A stretch of 64,000 nucleotides of DNA from Nitrosopumilus sp. (GCA_965204345.1 OZ241981.1:32001-96000), one strand, 5' to 3'; counted from the stretch's first letter, positions 41,500-50,964 are shown. Program-made: numbers and translations. Notes: generated by a model from the letters alone, not told the origin.

Positions 41500-42189
41500 T
41501 TGTTTATTCAAATTTCCAAGATAAAGAAAAAATATAATATCTTTACTAATAACATGCAAATGATTATGAGATCTAATTTACAAAATGATACTGGCCTAAA
41601 AATTCACAATAAAATAATTTTACAATTTTTTAAAGATTGTAAAGATAAAAAATTGTTATCCAATACAATAAAACCACAACAGAATAATACTATATGTACT
41701 CGTTGGGATATATCTAAGTTAACCGATCAAGCAATTCAAAAAATACGTAAACATAGGATTGATTTAAAAAACAATGAAAAAACACAATTTCTAAGTGATA
41801 AAGAACATGATGCCTTACAGTTTTCTCGCTGTGTGTCTTTTTTGAGAGACACTACCGAAGATTTGAAAATTTCATTACAGTTAATTATTGATCCATCACA
41901 AGTAAAATCATGTACTGAGCTTGGAAAATACCTTAACGAAATTTATAATAAACTAGGTTATAATGACGACAAGAAATCCAAAATGAATCGTGCCTTTCAA
42001 AAAGATCTCAGAAATGCATTAAGTCATAACAATTATTCGTATAAATGTGATAAAAACCATGTAAAGAGCATAACATGGCAAGATCATAATCAAAAACACA
42101 CATGGAATCAAGTGGAATTGTCCAAATCCATCTCAAAGATAATTTGCATAAATGGACTAATTGGCAAAATAATTAATGGGAAATTCTGA
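41500..42189 (+). CDS. Hypothetical protein with HEPN-like RxxxxH motif
   Basis: DLRNALSHNNY in a helical context; AT-rich; true start probably near 41554. Confidence 0.6.
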   Translation: MFIQISKIKKKYNIFTNNMQMIMRSNLQNDTGLKIHNKIILQFFKDCKDKKLLSNTIKPQQNNTICTRWDISKLTDQAIQKIRKHRIDLKNNEKTQFLSDKEHDALQFSRCVSFLRDTTEDLKISLQLIIDPSQVKSCTELGKYLNEIYNKLGYNDDKKSKMNRAFQKDLRNALSHNNYSYKCDKNHVKSITWQDHNQKHTWNQVELSKSISKIICINGLIGKIINGKF

Positions 42190-42197
42190 TACCGTGC

Positions 42198-43697
42198 TTA
42201 TTTTGGGATTTCCTTGTTGATAATGTCTTTTATATCTTCAAATGACTTGATCATGCCCTTTCTTAGATCAATAAACTGATCAATTAATTTGTCTGGTGGC
42301 AGAACAATTGTTTCAATTACATCTGTTGGATTGTTGGAGTCAAGATTGAAATCCTGAATGTCTTTAACATTAATTTTCCATGCATTTTCATTTGATGTCT
42401 TCTTTTTGAACCATTTTTCAATCTCTGCAAAGTCGTCATATGCGATTGGGTTTGACTTTGTATATTTGGGATTCTTTGCACGAGTTACTCCACGCAATCG
42501 TTCGGCTACCTTCATTTGATAATACCAAATTTCTTTGGTTGGTCCTGTCTTGTCAAAAAACAGTATGTTTGTTGCAATTGATGTGTAAGGCTCAAAAACA
42601 GTTTTGGGCAGCCTAATTATCGTATGCAAGTTAAATTCTTCAAGAAGTTTTTTCTTGATTTTAGAGGCAACGCCTCCTGCAAACATTGGACCATCTGGAA
42701 GAATAATTCCACACCGTCCTCCTTCTTTTAGAGAATACATGATGTATAACAAGAATGAAAGAGCAGTATCTGATGTCTGCATTCCTACAGGTAGATTGGA
42801 TGAAATTCCTTCCTCCTCTTCCCCCCCAAATGGTGGATTCGTTATGATAAGATCATACTGGTCATTTTGAGAAATTTCTCTCAGAGGATTAACAAGTGTG
42901 TTTGCTCTGATAATGTTTGGTTTGTCTACCTCATGAAGAAGCATATTCATCATTCCTAAAAGATAAGGCATGGATTTTTTCTCGATCCCAAATAATGTGT
43001 TTGTAGTTAGTTTCTTCAAATCTCCTTTTGTTTTTTGTTCATGTCTTAGAAACTCCAAAGATTCTACCAAAAATCCACCTGTACCACATGCAGGATCTAA
43101 TATCTTTTCAGATTTTTTTAGACTAGGGTTGATTTGATTTACAATAAACCGAATTACAGGTCTTGGTGTGTAAAATTCTCCACTATTTCCTGCGGCATCT
43201 CTCATCTCAATTAACATATCTTCATAGAGTTTTGCCATGGTGTGAATGTCATCAGTATTGATAAAATTTACCTTATCTATCAGATTAATAATCTGTCTGA
43301 GGAGGTATCCACTGAGTATTCTATTGTTTAATTCTTTAAAGATCGTTGCAATGACATCTCTTTGTTCAAAACCTTTATCACCTGTCAGTTTTGAGAGTTT
43401 TGGAAATAATTTATTATTTACAAATGAGATTAGATCAGGACCTGTTAAAACCTTGACAGTACGTCCTTTCTTATCTTTTTCTGCTGCCCAATCCTGCCAT
43501 CGTAATCCCTTTGGTATTGCCTCCACATATTTTCTATTTAGAGCAGCCCTCTCTCTTTCAAAATCATCAAAACTCTTTAGGAATAAAATCCATGCAATTT
43601 GAGGAATTCTATCAACATCAGTATTAAGACCTGCATCTTTTCTCATTAGATCTCTTGCAGATTTTATTATAGAACGAAGTGAATGTGCATCCATCAT
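42198..43697 (-). CDS. hsdM: Type I R-M methyltransferase subunit (m6A)
   Basis: GEFYTPR, LDPACGTGGF, NPPF, IIRLP. Confidence 0.96.
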   Translation of the reverse strand: MMDAHSLRSIIKSARDLMRKDAGLNTDVDRIPQIAWILFLKSFDDFERERAALNRKYVEAIPKGLRWQDWAAEKDKKGRTVKVLTGPDLISFVNNKLFPKLSKLTGDKGFEQRDVIATIFKELNNRILSGYLLRQIINLIDKVNFINTDDIHTMAKLYEDMLIEMRDAAGNSGEFYTPRPVIRFIVNQINPSLKKSEKILDPACGTGGFLVESLEFLRHEQKTKGDLKKLTTNTLFGIEKKSMPYLLGMMNMLLHEVDKPNIIRANTLVNPLREISQNDQYDLIITNPPFGGEEEEGISSNLPVGMQTSDTALSFLLYIMYSLKEGGRCGIILPDGPMFAGGVASKIKKKLLEEFNLHTIIRLPKTVFEPYTSIATNILFFDKTGPTKEIWYYQMKVAERLRGVTRAKNPKYTKSNPIAYDDFAEIEKWFKKKTSNENAWKINVKDIQDFNLDSNNPTDVIETIVLPPDKLIDQFIDLRKGMIKSFEDIKDIINKEIPK

Positions 43698-43728
43698 TAC
43701 TCATAATCGTATCGACATTAAATATGAT

Positions 43729-46095
43729 TCAGTTGTCTCTATACAATTCCTTTGTTAATTGTATTATTGCACCATCATATTCATCACCATCTTTGAATCT
43801 GTGATTGATGATTTCAGTAGGGCCTCCAAACTGTTTGAATTTTGGCAATTTCAAAACTCCTCTTTCCTCCAACTCTTGATACCCCTCCTCTGCATAATGA
43901 TCCAATATCACCTCTAGAACTTCTCGTGCTTTGTTCGGATATTTCTCCAAAAATGCCTTTTTATGTACAGAATTGATCCTCTCTAATCGAGTTTTTGCAT
44001 CTGCATTAAATGCAAAATGTAAGAGCATATCAAATGAATCAATCTTAGCCATCTGAGTGATTTCTTTAAGATGTGAAAAACTAACGCCTCTCTCTTCTAG
44101 TTGCTTTACAAAATGCTGTCTTTTTTCAGGATCTGTCCATATCTTGTATAGTTTTGTTTGTTCATCATTTACTAGACGGCGAACAGTCTCTCCAGTATAA
44201 TCTTGATAAGAAATAAGCCTATTCTGATTAATTGATTGATCAAAAATTAAAACCGATTCACCACGAATTTCTACTTTTTTTCCATTTATGTGATATGTTT
44301 TAATTGTTTGTGATTCTTGTTCTTCTTCTGCTTTATCTTCTAGTGCCTCTTTTACTGCATTTCTTCTTTTCTCTTCTGCACGTTCTAAGATTTTTTTTTC
44401 TTTTTCTTTAGTAATTATTTCTTGTTCTTCTTCAGTTTCTGCAATTGCAGGACCATCCCATTCTACATCCTCAAACAATCTACTAGTTTTTCTATAATCT
44501 ATAATTGAAAACCACATCTTATCTTTTGGTTCATAGACACGGGTACCTCTACCAATAATTTGTTTGAATTCAGTCATGGAATTAATGCTCTTATCTAATG
44601 CAATTATCTTGCATGTTGGAACATCTACGCCTGTTGACATTAATCTAGATGTAACTGCAACAATTGGAAAATCTTTGTTTGGTTCCTGGAATTGATCCAA
44701 GTATTCTCGTCCTATTTCACCTTCAGCAGAAACTATTCTGACACAATAGTCATGTCTTTCTCCAGAATAATTTCGAATTAGTTTAGTCATTGCTTGTGCA
44801 TGTTCTGAGTTTTGACAAAATAAAATCGTCTTGTTATATTTTTGATTATTTTTCTCCAAAAAATCTACAAGGTGTTTTGCTACGGTCTTTCGTCTCTCAT
44901 CAACAATTAAAATTCTGTCAAAATCTTTATAGCTGTATGTTTTGTCATCAAGTATCTTTCCATCTAAATCCGTTTCCCCTGGTTTTGGAATATATCCCGT
45001 CAGATCAATTTCAAGATTAACCCTGTGAATCATGTATGGTGCTAAAAAGCCATCTTCAATTCCTTGTTTTAGACTGTATGTGTATATAGGAATACCAAAA
45101 TAATCATACGTATCTTTATTTTCGTCCTTTCGTTTAGGAGTTGCAGTCATGCCTATGTGAACAGCATCTTTGAAATAATCCAATATCTTTCTCCAGCTCC
45201 CATCCTCATTGGAGCTTCCTCTGTGACATTCATCAATTATTATGTAATCAAAGAAATCTTTTGAATATTGCTTGTACAGCTCACAATCCTCTTTATCTAC
45301 ATCAAGTGCTTGATATAGTGCAAAATACATACTATATGCAGTCTGTGCAACTTTTTGGATCTTGTGTCTTGCTTCACCAAAACCTGCAAATGCATTATTT
45401 TTTGCTTGATCTAACAAAACGGTTCGATCTGCTAAAAATAAAATTTTTGGATGTGGGGTATCTTTTTTCCAGAGTTTTTGTGCAATTTGATAAGATATGA
45501 ATGTCTTGCCAGTTCCAGTCGCAAGATTTAAGAGTACGCGCTTCTTTCCTGCAAGAATTGCTGTTAATGTGGAATGGATTGCAATTTCTTGATAGTACCG
45601 AGGTTCCATGGGAGATCCTCCTGGATCTTTTGAACTTCGATCCAACGACTCTAATATAACATTCATTTGTTTTTTATTAAAATTTATACCTTCTTGGAAT
45701 CTCTCTAGTAATTCTTGAGGTGTTGGAAATTTATCTATTGTTTGTTGTTGTTTTTTGGAAAAGTCATATTCTTCAATTTTCTGTCCATTTGTTGCAAAAG
45801 CAAATTTTAACTCCATTTTTTCAGCATATTTTATTGCCTGACTCATTCCTTCATCATGTGGTTTGTCCCATGCTTTAGCTTCTATTACTGCAATTTTGTA
45901 ATCATCACCCAACTTGAGAATGTAATCAGCTATGATTGGTTGTGCCCTTTTTCCAGTACGGCCATCAGGAGTAATTCTGCCTTCATTAATTTTATATTCC
46001 CTAATGATTTTATCTAATTCCCAACCAGATTCTGCTAGCTTGGGATCAATATGTCTCATACAAGTGGTTGATTCGGACATCTTTTCTTCAGTCAA
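43729..46095 (-). CDS. hsdR: Type I restriction endonuclease subunit R (EcoAI/type IB-like)
   Basis: ADY...IEAK nuclease motif, RYYQ, ATGTGKT, DECHRG, TATP, QIIGRGTR, EcoEI-type C-terminus. Confidence 0.95.
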   Translation of the reverse strand: MTEEKMSESTTCMRHIDPKLAESGWELDKIIREYKINEGRITPDGRTGKRAQPIIADYILKLGDDYKIAVIEAKAWDKPHDEGMSQAIKYAEKMELKFAFATNGQKIEEYDFSKKQQQTIDKFPTPQELLERFQEGINFNKKQMNVILESLDRSSKDPGGSPMEPRYYQEIAIHSTLTAILAGKKRVLLNLATGTGKTFISYQIAQKLWKKDTPHPKILFLADRTVLLDQAKNNAFAGFGEARHKIQKVAQTAYSMYFALYQALDVDKEDCELYKQYSKDFFDYIIIDECHRGSSNEDGSWRKILDYFKDAVHIGMTATPKRKDENKDTYDYFGIPIYTYSLKQGIEDGFLAPYMIHRVNLEIDLTGYIPKPGETDLDGKILDDKTYSYKDFDRILIVDERRKTVAKHLVDFLEKNNQKYNKTILFCQNSEHAQAMTKLIRNYSGERHDYCVRIVSAEGEIGREYLDQFQEPNKDFPIVAVTSRLMSTGVDVPTCKIIALDKSINSMTEFKQIIGRGTRVYEPKDKMWFSIIDYRKTSRLFEDVEWDGPAIAETEEEQEIITKEKEKKILERAEEKRRNAVKEALEDKAEEEQESQTIKTYHINGKKVEIRGESVLIFDQSINQNRLISYQDYTGETVRRLVNDEQTKLYKIWTDPEKRQHFVKQLEERGVSFSHLKEITQMAKIDSFDMLLHFAFNADAKTRLERINSVHKKAFLEKYPNKAREVLEVILDHYAEEGYQELEERGVLKLPKFKQFGGPTEIINHRFKDGDEYDGAIIQLTKELYRDN

Positions 46096-46535
46096 TTTTC
46101 AACATAAAATTTTCAACATATTTCTAGATAAATGTTCTTTTTGAAAAATCAAATATTTTAGAATAAAATCAAGATTTGAATCTGCGAAATATTTTTGAGA
46201 ACTGATCTATTATACAGCTAACCATAGTGTGTTTATATCAGATCAAGAATAGGTGTGACTCTGAAAATATCTGGAATTTCTTGTATGGTGTAACAAGCAT
46301 TAGCTTGAACTCCTCTGTACAGACTGATTTTCACCTCCAATCATAACATTAACAAGTATTTACTTGTTGGACAGTAACGCAAAATATGCAAAATGAGAGA
46401 TGTTCATTAGATCTACAATTGTGGTACTTCGCACTATTGGATCTTTGGTTTTTATTTAGATTAGGACATATCTAGACAACTGATTACAAAATAGATTCAA
46501 TCTTAACAATTATTAGAAAAAATAAGAAAATTTCA

Positions 46536-47075
46536 CTAGATACATCTTACCTTGATATCAAATAATGCAGAATTTACTTCTGCAATGGTTTTTGCCCCTG
46601 CAATAACTCCTTTTCCTGATGCAAACAAAAGTGCTACACAGCTATCTTGAATTCTATATATCAAACCGGGAAATTGTTCTGGTTCATACATACTTTTTGG
46701 TAATATTCTTACAAGTTTTTCTATTGGCAAATTTTGTTTTAAATCGAATCGCGCTACAATATTTTGCACTTTGGGAGTAATTTTAATGAGTTTTGCAAGA
46801 TTATAATTATCCAGTATTTTTATTGCTTTTTTTAATTCTTTTTTAGATTGTGCAGGATTCTTTGTTCCAACTGAAATAAGTTTTCCATTTCCAAATACAG
46901 TAACTCGTCCAACCATCAAATCATCTTTTACATACCTACACCTGTATAAAGCAATATTTGAGCTGAGAAAGGGATATTTGTTAAAAGAAGCAATATCTAT
47001 TTTCTGTTTAAGATCTGCTGTAGTTACAGTGTTTTGAATTTTAATTCCTGCTACAAGCTTTGACTCTTTTTGCAT
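46536..47075 (-). CDS. tbp: Divergent TATA-box binding protein
   Basis: Two TBP repeats: IQNTVTTADL...VFGNGKLISVGTK and VQNIVARFDL...YEPEQFPGLIYR...LFASGKGVIAGAK. Confidence 0.9.
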   Translation of the reverse strand: MQKESKLVAGIKIQNTVTTADLKQKIDIASFNKYPFLSSNIALYRCRYVKDDLMVGRVTVFGNGKLISVGTKNPAQSKKELKKAIKILDNYNLAKLIKITPKVQNIVARFDLKQNLPIEKLVRILPKSMYEPEQFPGLIYRIQDSCVALLFASGKGVIAGAKTIAEVNSALFDIKVRCI

Positions 47076-47086
47076 TAAAATTCATG

Positions 47087-48346
47087 TTACCCTATCGCAT
47101 TAAAAATGAATGTATTATTCACATATGTGATTTTTTGTTTGATTAAATATAATATCTGCTTTACATCAATCTTGTCAAAGATTGATTCAATTTTGGATAC
47201 GATGCGTTTTTGTTCGTTGAAAGGCGATAGTAAGACAGGAATAGTTTTCATTGCTGTCTGATTAAGTTTCAATCGTGTTGTCCCAGTTACATATCCATGA
47301 TAATTCACCTGATTCAAATAGTGGCAAAGAAATTTGTTGATCAATAATCCAGATATTCCTTTAAGAACATGAGCATGATTATTAACCCAACTTTTTCCAT
47401 TAACAATGTAGGCTTTGTTTTTGAAAGTTTCAAAAAATGGTGCACCGTCTTCTCCCAACAAAACCAATTCTTCATCAAAAATATAATCATCAATCAAGCC
47501 AACTTGACCAGTAGCACCATAATATGGAATATTTCCAGTACGATTTTTCCGTTCACTAGAATTTACTGGTATTCTTTTTCTGTCCCAAATTTCTACAATA
47601 TCTTCCAAATTGATCTTAATCCAACCTTCTGGAAGATTCTCTTTCTCAAAAATCAACTCTTTCTCAGAACTCTTATGCAATCTCCTCAAAAGCATCTCTG
47701 CTGGCTCATCAGCTGGATCCTGTGAAACCAGCTTGCCCTCAAAGGCCTGCTTGAGCACGCTACTTCTTAGCATCCCCAGGCTGCCAGAAGATGACTTTAT
47801 TTGAGATGCAAGTGCCTCCAGCTTGTTTTGTGCCGCATCAATCTGTGTGAAGATTGATTCGATTTTTGTAACGATGCGTTTTTGTTCGTTAAGTGGGGGG
47901 AGAGGAATTGAATATATTGCCAGCTTTTCATATTTTATTCGAGGGTGTTGAACTCCTGTCATATTTCTATTAGCAAAACGTACAACCTGACTGGTAGATA
48001 AAAATAACATAATGTATTTGCTAACCAGATTGTCATTTTGTTGGAAAACCAATATGTCTGTGGAACACACTCCGTTAAAATCTGGAATTGCTACTTTGTT
48101 TAGATATGGACGTAATTTTCCATAAAGAATATCTCCCTTACTAAAGACATTTTTTGTGCTCTTTGTATCTTTTGAATTGGCCTTTCCAATAATTTTTCTT
48201 GAATTACTTTCTATGTGTTCTAATCCCACAAAAGGTTGATTTTTCTCATTCTTTGGATCAAATTTTCTTTTTGATTGATTCAGAACATTCAGTAAATCTG
48301 TTCTAATCCACCCTTCTGGAAGATGCTCTTTCTCAAAAATCAACAT
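47087..48346 (-). CDS. hsdS: Type I R-M specificity subunit (hsdS copy 2, two TRDs, C-terminal conserved helix truncated)
   Basis: LPEGW x2, KLRPYLNK, IPYYGATG, WVNNHAHVL; homology ends abruptly after IDVKQ. Confidence 0.9.
   Translation of the reverse strand: MLIFEKEHLPEGWIRTDLLNVLNQSKRKFDPKNEKNQPFVGLEHIESNSRKIIGKANSKDTKSTKNVFSKGDILYGKLRPYLNKVAIPDFNGVCSTDILVFQQNDNLVSKYIMLFLSTSQVVRFANRNMTGVQHPRIKYEKLAIYSIPLPPLNEQKRIVTKIESIFTQIDAAQNKLEALASQIKSSSGSLGMLRSSVLKQAFEGKLVSQDPADEPAEMLLRRLHKSSEKELIFEKENLPEGWIKINLEDIVEIWDRKRIPVNSSERKNRTGNIPYYGATGQVGLIDDYIFDEELVLLGEDGAPFFETFKNKAYIVNGKSWVNNHAHVLKGISGLLINKFLCHYLNQVNYHGYVTGTTRLKLNQTAMKTIPVLLSPFNEQKRIVSKIESIFDKIDVKQILYLIKQKITYVNNTFIFNAIG
47157..47220 (-). 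repeat. Inverted repeat B (right copy)
   Basis: Partner of 41233-41296; marks the point where hsdS2 homology stops. Confidence 0.9.
47835..47908 (-). repeat. Inverted repeat A (right copy)
   Basis: Partner of 40593-40666. Confidence 0.95.
48305..48337 (-). repeat. Inverted repeat C, 33 bp (tttgagaaaga..atcttccagaagg.tggatt); other copies 47618-47650 (-) and 40146-40178 (+)
   Basis: Three near-identical copies encoding FEKE(N/H)LPEGWI at TRD starts. Confidence 0.88.
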
Positions 48347-48559
48347 ATCAATTCTTTGTTTCTTTAATTTAAATTAGTCAAGTAACAGTTAAAGTGAAAA
48401 ATAGAATTTTATAAATCATAACAAATGAATCTCCTGCAATTGTTGCAAAGCTTTGAAATTATTGTACTATACTCCAAGGAGATTGTCATTGTGACATAAA
48501 CGTACTTTGTCTTTTCTTCAGATATTATAGTTAATGGTTTTATCTAGTTTATTAGCCAT

Positions 48560-49486
48560 TTAGATCTCTATTTTATACATGACTTTTTTGAATTCCCTAA
48601 AGAGATCTTCTAGGGTAGGCGTCAGATATACATGATCAAGACCATTTTTGTGACCCATTAGCTTTTCTGCAATGTTATAGTTTACTGAATTGTCCAGTTT
48701 TAAGACAGTATTGTATCGCTTTCTAAAACCATGATCTGCTTGGACGTCAAAACGATTTTTTGATTTTATTCTTTTCAGGTTACTTTTCTGAATTATTCTA
48801 TAAATTGCAGAACGAACGCCGTTCCAACCTAATTGTTTTGGAAGGAATTTGGTTGTTGCAAATATGGGAGTATCTTTGTAAAATATTTCTCCTTGATTTT
48901 TACGATATTCATGATAAGCTTTCAATGCCTTGGTTGCTTGTGGTGTAAGAAATGCCCAATACTCCTCAACATGTCCCGCATAAAGCAATATGCCAGTGCA
49001 ACCATATGACATCTTCATCATGTGTTTTATGGATAAATCGTGATCAAAAACTCCCACCCTTGCTCCTGTTGAACTAAAAAAGTACACCAAAGCTTTGTTC
49101 CTAAGGCTTGTTGTGTTGGATAATAATTTCTTGATTTCTTTTGTCGTATATGCCCTCAAGCTTTGCGTTTTTTGCTTTTGTGGGAACATTTTGTTTATGA
49201 TGTTCCAGTTAAGATTAATCTCATTCATTATACAGAAATGCTTTATGCCCTGAAACTTTGATGGGATAGAATTGGGGTTTGTAGTACGCTTTAGCTCGAT
49301 TAAATAATTCTCAAGATTATACTGCAAGTCTGTATTTGGAATACTTGTTAGTTGATTTTGGGATGTAATGTTTGCAAAATTTAAAAAAGAGTTAAGATGT
49401 GATGTATAATTCTTTTTTGTGTATTTTGATTTTATCGACTCTTCAAATAATAATGAACATCGATGTTTAGTTATTAAATTACTCAT
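48560..49486 (-). CDS. Tyrosine recombinase/integrase
   Basis: STGARVG (R), HGFRKR (H-x-x-R), LMGH...HVY (H, Y): catalytic set intact. Confidence 0.9.
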   Translation of the reverse strand: MSNLITKHRCSLLFEESIKSKYTKKNYTSHLNSFLNFANITSQNQLTSIPNTDLQYNLENYLIELKRTTNPNSIPSKFQGIKHFCIMNEINLNWNIINKMFPQKQKTQSLRAYTTKEIKKLLSNTTSLRNKALVYFFSSTGARVGVFDHDLSIKHMMKMSYGCTGILLYAGHVEEYWAFLTPQATKALKAYHEYRKNQGEIFYKDTPIFATTKFLPKQLGWNGVRSAIYRIIQKSNLKRIKSKNRFDVQADHGFRKRYNTVLKLDNSVNYNIAEKLMGHKNGLDHVYLTPTLEDLFREFKKVMYKIEI

Positions 49487-50208
49487 GTATTATTTTATTG
49501 TAAAATATTTATTTTTGTACATATGTTTATGAAATTAGAGCATCTTAATTTTTAGGATCATAATACTTTATCAAGATTGTTTTATATTCCCAGCATAAAA
49601 TCACAAACAGATTATTCTCTGATGATTTGGCATCTTGTAATATTTCCAAAATTGTTCCCATCTTTAAGATATGATTGCCTGCAGCTCATAATTAGTCATA
49701 CTGATAAAAAATATCGTTAGATTTACGTATGGAATTAAGGTCCAGAATGCCAAGTATCAATCTTTGCAGAAGTTAATATAACCTGGTGTAAAATATTGCC
49801 CTACACCTAAAATTATTACTGTAAAAACCAAAGAAAACCCAGAATAGTCTGCATTGGATTCTATTAATGAACTAACTGATGATTTGGACAAAACTTGGTG
49901 TTTCTTAGTTTAACTAAAATCAAATCCTGATTATAAAGACATTAATTTTTTTCCATATCATATGCATATGCCAAAGGGCATCAAAGGTAACTATCTTGCG
50001 CAAATTTGACACTTGCAGATGAATTTGATTACAGTTCATCAAGAAATGCCAATTTTGAATCCATGAACAATTACGTAACGTAATCATCATCTTCTGGGGC
50101 ATGTGTGCGTGCGTTTCTACTCTATCTTTTTTTTCATCATTGGAATTATCTGCTGATCTGCCCTAATCAGAGAGCATAAATCCTAGATTTAAATAAAAAA
50201 ATGAAACG

Positions 50209-50964
50209 ATGAATGAAGATTTGGCGGGAACTGATTATTCCAAATATGGCAAATACACAGTTGATGATTCTCTTGAATTGTCCCTGCCTGGAACCACTAT
50301 AAAATTTGAAAAAATAAGCGAAAATGCTTTTTCATATTTTAGAGAGGATTCTGAGGGCAAAATAACTGAAAAAATGATCCCTGTTCATTCTGATGAATTA
50401 AAGATTGAAATGGCTCCTATCAGGCCCCTTAACCATCCGGCAAGACGTACCGGATACGTCTTTTTAAAATTTGACAAGGAAATCTATCTCAGCCAAAACT
50501 CTGCGGCTAGCATCTTTGTCCACTGCCCAATCGAAGTTGGCATTTTCATAGTTAATGGACCTGCCAGAGAATCCCTGGATTGGATTACGTGCAATCCCCT
50601 TAATTCTAGGTTTGGCCTGTATGGCCCTCCTGATACCGGAATTTTGTGCAAGTATGCCAAAGTCACACTGGCTACTGACTTTGCAGATTCTGTTCCCTAT
50701 GTTGAATGTGTGATGAAAGTTGTCATTGAAAATAATCTGAGTTCCGGGCAAACAATTAGCAAAATAATTTTCCCAATTACTGATAATTCCCTCTACTATG
50801 AAGACTCTAAATCTGTCTTAGATGGAATCAAAGTGACTTTGAAAAAGCGGGCAGTTGTCAGTATTGCAGATGTCCAAACTGCCGTATTGGATACTGACTG
50901 GAAAAAATCCCCCACATGGGAAGACAACACAAAAAATACCTCCATGGAGATGGGATTGGAATGA
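50209..50964 (+). CDS. DUF432 domain protein
   Basis: PIRPLNHP...CPIEVGI...LYGPPDTGILCKY; adjacent to mscS as is common in archaea. Confidence 0.75.
   Translation: MNEDLAGTDYSKYGKYTVDDSLELSLPGTTIKFEKISENAFSYFREDSEGKITEKMIPVHSDELKIEMAPIRPLNHPARRTGYVFLKFDKEIYLSQNSAASIFVHCPIEVGIFIVNGPARESLDWITCNPLNSRFGLYGPPDTGILCKYAKVTLATDFADSVPYVECVMKVVIENNLSSGQTISKIIFPITDNSLYYEDSKSVLDGIKVTLKKRAVVSIADVQTAVLDTDWKKSPTWEDNTKNTSMEMGLE

Larger units (their letters stand above)
39125..50157. mobile_element. AT-rich defence island (type I R-M, TBP, integrases) bounded by atctgctgat direct repeats
   Basis: Visible drop in GC between nreA and the DUF432 gene; tyrosine recombinase; identical 10-mer at 39125-39134 and 50148-50157. 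Confidence 0.7.

Noticed and set aside
49490-50200. Short ORF 49920-50102 and surrounding fragments at the island edge
   Set aside because: No recognisable domain; probably decayed sequence.
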